A DNA stretch of 29,102 nucleotides from a virus (taxonomy: Duplodnaviria; Caudoviricetes): positions 1-29,102 of the IMG/VR virus record IMGVR_UViG_3300027711_000015; one strand, 5' to 3'. The translations under genes and the position numbers were made by a program. Position 1 is the stretch's first letter. The number at the start of each line of letters is the position of its first letter. Shown here one piece after another: positions 26,066 through 29,102 of the stretch. The notes under the pieces are model-generated. The model was not told the origin of the DNA, ran no database searches, and worked only from the letters and a program-made list of their open reading frames with translations.

Positions 26066-26868
26066 TTTTTATACCCCATTGTATTCGCTCTTCGCGCAGA
26101 CGGAGAAACGTACTCCTTTGGGTCTTCTCCAGAGCGCCACCACGCGTATCCGTAGGCGCTTGAACGCCTCCCATTCATAGCAGATACAATATTCGATAAT
26201 GCTGTTTTTGAGCTTTTTGCAATTCCGCTCTCCTTGCACCATTCGGCAGCATCTTTTGCGGAGTAGAATGATTCGCCACCCGTATTGAAGATTGCTTTCT
26301 CTTTAGTATGATTCCCTTCGTACGGAAGCCCATCTTCCTCAAATCTGAATTTCATCCCATAAGCAGAAGATTGGCCCCTAACCCCATTACAGCAGGAGCT
26401 GATATTTATTTTCGCAGCTTGGGGATTTTCAGGCATTACGAACCTTGCCGCCGAGGTTATGCTCTCGAATCGCAGACCGCAAAGAGTGACAACCGGCTTC
26501 CTTGTTTTTCGCAATGCCTTCTCTATAGCCTGCGGTGACGGAGGTATTCCTTTATTTTTCAGGCTTACAAGCTCTCTTGTCTTTTTAGAAACATATCGTC
26601 CCGGAGTGCCTTCGCCGCCATCTGTAAAATTGGCAAGGCTATCTCTTCCGATTACCGATATGAGAAGCGACTCCATTTCGCAGGCTTCGCTGTTTGAAAG
26701 TCCTTCACATACGATTTGAACCGTTCTGCCGTGCTTAGCTTCTATTCTTTTCCAAAGGGCAGACCGCGAGCTTTTTGAGTTCGCGCGCTTTTTCCCTCTG
26801 CCTTTGCCGACATAGAAGATTGATCCGTCTGATTTTTTTTTGTGAACGTAAACGCAATACGTCTGCAT
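26062..26868 (-). CDS. Free-standing GIY-YIG homing endonuclease with NUMOD-like repeats
   Basis: YCVYVH...FYVGKG...R, E, NFTDGGEG; two NUMOD1-like units (FESITSAA, FYSAKDAA...AYGYAW); AT-richer than neighbours; start ATG 26868. Confidence 0.88.
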   Translation of the reverse strand: MQTYCVYVHKKKSDGSIFYVGKGRGKKRANSKSSRSALWKRIEAKHGRTVQIVCEGLSNSEACEMESLLISVIGRDSLANFTDGGEGTPGRYVSKKTRELVSLKNKGIPPSPQAIEKALRKTRKPVVTLCGLRFESITSAARFVMPENPQAAKINISSCCNGVRGQSSAYGMKFRFEEDGLPYEGNHTKEKAIFNTGGESFYSAKDAAEWCKESGIAKSSKTALSNIVSAMNGRRSSAYGYAWWRSGEDPKEYVSPSARRANTMGYKK

Positions 26869-26875
26869 TAAGAGA

Positions 26876-26955
26876 CCCCTTGAGATTGGGTGAGATGGTG
26901 GGAGCGGCTGGCGGATTCTCAGGCCCGCCGCGAGTTGCAACTCGCTGCCGCACAG
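26876..26955 (-). ncRNA. Candidate three-way-junction/pseudoknot RNA leader of the endonuclease gene
   Basis: P1 GCGGC/GCCGC encloses hairpins GCGAG/CTCGC and GGCGG/CCGCC; loop UGAGA is complementary to two downstream UCUCA copies. Confidence 0.55.
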
Positions 26956-26957
26956 TC

Positions 26958-26966
26958 ATTATATCA
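26958..26966 (-). promoter_or_regulatory. Extended -10 promoter
   Basis: Minus strand TGATATAAT (TGnTATAAT) overlapping the exonuclease stop codon. Confidence 0.65.
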
Positions 26967-27959
26967 GCTAAACCGCCAAAATGAAGATCCCTTCTTCCGG
27001 TACTTCTCCAAGTCCAGGCCCTTCAATTCAGGCACCTTCGCGTAATCAATATTCCCCTTACGCTCAACCAACGTCAGCGGCCTCCCATGAATGCTTGCGT
27101 TCTTCCCGCCCGCCATCTTCACCAGTTCCGCCAAAATATCCTTTTCCCGCTTCTCGTCCTCCTTCTTGCGCTTGCGGATCGCGTCCAGCTCCATCAGCAG
27201 GGTCCCCGCGTCCGGGCTGTCGATATGAACACGCGGCGGCTCAAGATGGTCTGGGTTGTCCAGCTCTGCCAGATACCGCTGATAAAACGCATTGATGGCG
27301 TCCAGGTTGTTGTCGATCCAGTGCGGGTCAGCCTCAACGCGCTCAATGCTGATGGCCTCCTCCACATAATCCGGCGCAAGCGGATCGCCTTTCGGGGCGC
27401 GGTATTGTGCGAAGTAGGCATGAGTGCGTCCAGTTGCCAGAAGCTCCATCTGAACCTGCGCCGCGTAGTGAGGCTGGTCTGCCAGCGGCTTGAAGTCGCC
27501 GCCGTTGCGCAGGCTGTACGGCACTTTCAGCTCAAGAACTCCACCATCACTGGTCAGGCCGTCCGGGCTGGCACCCATGCGGTCGCCATAGGGGAAAAAC
27601 CCGCACTTCTCGACGCTGAGCCCAGTCTCACGCATGAAGGCGAGCATGGCGCGCTGTTCGTGCATGTTGCCGTGGTCGGCCACGAACTGCGCATTGAATT
27701 CCGATTCAGCCCCGTGGTATTCCCGCACCATTGCGCGGATGACGTCGGCGGGCTTCTGCCAGGGGGACAGGCCGAGGATTGCGCCGACACGGCTGCCGGT
27801 GATCCGGCCTTTGCGGGCCTTGTGCCACTCTTGTGTGCCTTGTTCATGCTGGTCGTGATTCTTGCGGCACTCCGGAGGGTATGGGTCGTTCATGTCCCAT
27901 ACGTTGCCGCAGGTGCAGGACATCTGGTCGCTGAATTGAATTGCGTCGCACTTGCTCAT
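26964..27959 (-). CDS. YqaJ/lambda-exonuclease-family nuclease
   Basis: QGTQEWHKARKGRITGS, HGNMHE, GASPDG, LELKVP, YAAQVQ; AGGAG RBS. Confidence 0.92.
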   Translation of the reverse strand: MSKCDAIQFSDQMSCTCGNVWDMNDPYPPECRKNHDQHEQGTQEWHKARKGRITGSRVGAILGLSPWQKPADVIRAMVREYHGAESEFNAQFVADHGNMHEQRAMLAFMRETGLSVEKCGFFPYGDRMGASPDGLTSDGGVLELKVPYSLRNGGDFKPLADQPHYAAQVQMELLATGRTHAYFAQYRAPKGDPLAPDYVEEAISIERVEADPHWIDNNLDAINAFYQRYLAELDNPDHLEPPRVHIDSPDAGTLLMELDAIRKRKKEDEKREKDILAELVKMAGGKNASIHGRPLTLVERKGNIDYAKVPELKGLDLEKYRKKGSSFWRFS

Positions 27960-27975
27960 TGGTTCTTCTCCTAGT

Positions 27976-27993
27976 TGCCCGCCGAAGCGGGCA
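27976..27993 (-). terminator. C(UUCG)G tetraloop hairpin after ssb (terminator or mRNA stabiliser)
   Basis: Minus strand TGCCCGC-TTCG-GCGGGCA; no clear U-tract on the coding strand. Confidence 0.5.
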
Positions 27994-28009
27994 TTGTTGT
28001 TGTGGTTGC

Positions 28010-28567
28010 TTAGAACGGAATATCGTCGATGAAGTTATCCGAAGGGGCCGGTGCAGGCTGCGGCGCAGGCGCAGGTGCCGGCGCTGTCTGCTGTGTGCTT
28101 CCAGATTTTGCAGGAGAAACAGCCTGTACCCAGTTTCCGCTCTTGCTCTTATCATCCAGCTCCCACACGCCCATCTTCAGCACCATTGGGCGATTGCACA
28201 GCTGAGCCAGGGAGATATCGCTTGGGCGATCCTCTCCACGCTGCTGCATGGCGTTGAACAGCCCGCCACCGGCGTTCGAGGCAATAGCTGCAAGCATCCG
28301 CTTGGCCTTGTCGGCTTTGCTCGTATCCTTGTCGTATGCCCGCACCTTTTGGAAAATGACGCGGTTTGCGTACTCCTGCGGCTTGCTCACGCGCCACTTG
28401 ATATTGATGTACTCGTCCCCCTGGTACTCGTTGTTTTTTGCCTCTTCGGCAATGGCAAGTACGCTGGTGCCGTCAGGGATAGGAGCAAGCGCATCGCCGC
28501 CCATCTCGAACTTGCCGTCGTTGTTCTGTGCGCTCTGACCGTCGCTAGTGCTCCAGAAGTTACTCAT
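28010..28567 (-). CDS. ssb: Single-stranded DNA-binding protein (DUF669-like)
   Basis: PIPDGT, NRVIFQK, Pro/Ala linker and acidic tail DDIPF; located between AAA ATPase and exonuclease. Confidence 0.85.
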   Translation of the reverse strand: MSNFWSTSDGQSAQNNDGKFEMGGDALAPIPDGTSVLAIAEEAKNNEYQGDEYINIKWRVSKPQEYANRVIFQKVRAYDKDTSKADKAKRMLAAIASNAGGGLFNAMQQRGEDRPSDISLAQLCNRPMVLKMGVWELDDKSKSGNWVQAVSPAKSGSTQQTAPAPAPAPQPAPAPSDNFIDDIPF

Positions 28568-29100
28568 TGTGCCACCTCATTTTGCTGGTTGTTGCGGTTG
28601 TAGTACGGGATGAATTGCAGGATCGGGTTAGTGCCTTGCGGAACCGGAATCTCGGCAGGCATCGGGTAGCGCGACTTGGCATTGACGAAGCCAACCAGGC
28701 CGTCCCCGGTGGTGATCAGCTTGCGTTCGCCGGTCTGGAGCAGCCGCCCAAACTTGGTTGTCTGGCCGCGCTTGTTGGTCTCTGCGCCTTGAACGAACTC
28801 ATCCTTCACCAGATACAGCACGGCATCGCACTGGCTCGTGTAGATGCTGAGCGCTTGGTTATCCATGTCCATGCTGTACACCGAATAGTCGGCGGCAGCA
28901 TCGGGGCGGTTGCGGATCTTCTTGATCCCGGTGTGGGTCAGGAAAACAATCGCCATTTTCTTCACGGCGCGCAACTGCTCGCACTTGTACACGAATTCTG
29001 CATGCCAGTTGCTTACCTCGGTGTACCCCTTGTGGAATCCGCCGCTGGCATCAGCCACGGTATTCACGCCGTCGCGCAACGCAATCTCATGGCAAAACAG
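28564..29100 (-). CDS. AAA_24/Sak4-like ATPase (5'-truncated by window edge)
   Basis: GGFHKGY, MAIVFLTH, CDAVLY, AKSRY motifs; frame open to window end; adjacent to SSB and exonuclease. Confidence 0.82.
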   Translation of the reverse strand: MFCHEIALRDGVNTVADASGGFHKGYTEVSNWHAEFVYKCEQLRAVKKMAIVFLTHTGIKKIRNRPDAAADYSVYSMDMDNQALSIYTSQCDAVLYLVKDEFVQGAETNKRGQTTKFGRLLQTGERKLITTGDGLVGFVNAKSRYPMPAEIPVPQGTNPILQFIPYYNRNNQQNEVAQ

Positions 29101-29102
29101 CT

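Noticed and set aside
26869-26940. N-terminal extension of the GIY-YIG ORF from TTG 26940
   Set aside because: Lies in the structured leader; the domain begins at ATG 26868
26062-26960. Endonuclease as part of a group I intron
   Set aside because: Both flanking genes appear complete, and the non-coding part (~95 nt) is too short for a group I core
27087-27974. 295-aa plus-strand ORF
   Set aside because: Antisense shadow of the YqaJ exonuclease
1-29102. Assignment of lifestyle, host genus or phage taxon
   Set aside because: No integrase, att site or clear immunity region in the window; cannot be supported without database comparison

Overview
This window is part of a tailed dsDNA phage or prophage with siphovirus-type gene order. 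The host is probably a high-GC Gram-negative bacterium, since an embedded i-/o-spanin pair is present. The + strand (1-11809) carries tail morphogenesis genes: tape measure (5'-truncated), distal tail, DUF1833-type, NlpC/P60 and J-like tip protein. Next comes a compositionally distinct receptor-binding cassette in which a short tailspike anchor is followed by a probable beta-propeller protein and a glycerophosphodiester phosphodiesterase (GDPD), then a lysis cassette. The - strand (11776-29102) carries replication/recombination genes (AAA ATPase, SSB, YqaJ exonuclease, GIY-YIG homing endonuclease, SF2 helicase, VRR-NUC), an N4/N6 DNA methyltransferase coupled to an SNF2-like helicase, nucleotide hydrolases, a DksA/TraR protein and many small early genes driven by repeated sigma70-like promoters. 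The most notable items are the split GDPD tail cassette, two structured RNA leaders (one with a possible switchable pseudoknot before the homing endonuclease), the methyltransferase-helicase pair, and exact repeats indicating domain and gene shuffling. No integrase, tRNA or CRISPR array was seen. All family calls come from motif recognition by eye, not database searches.
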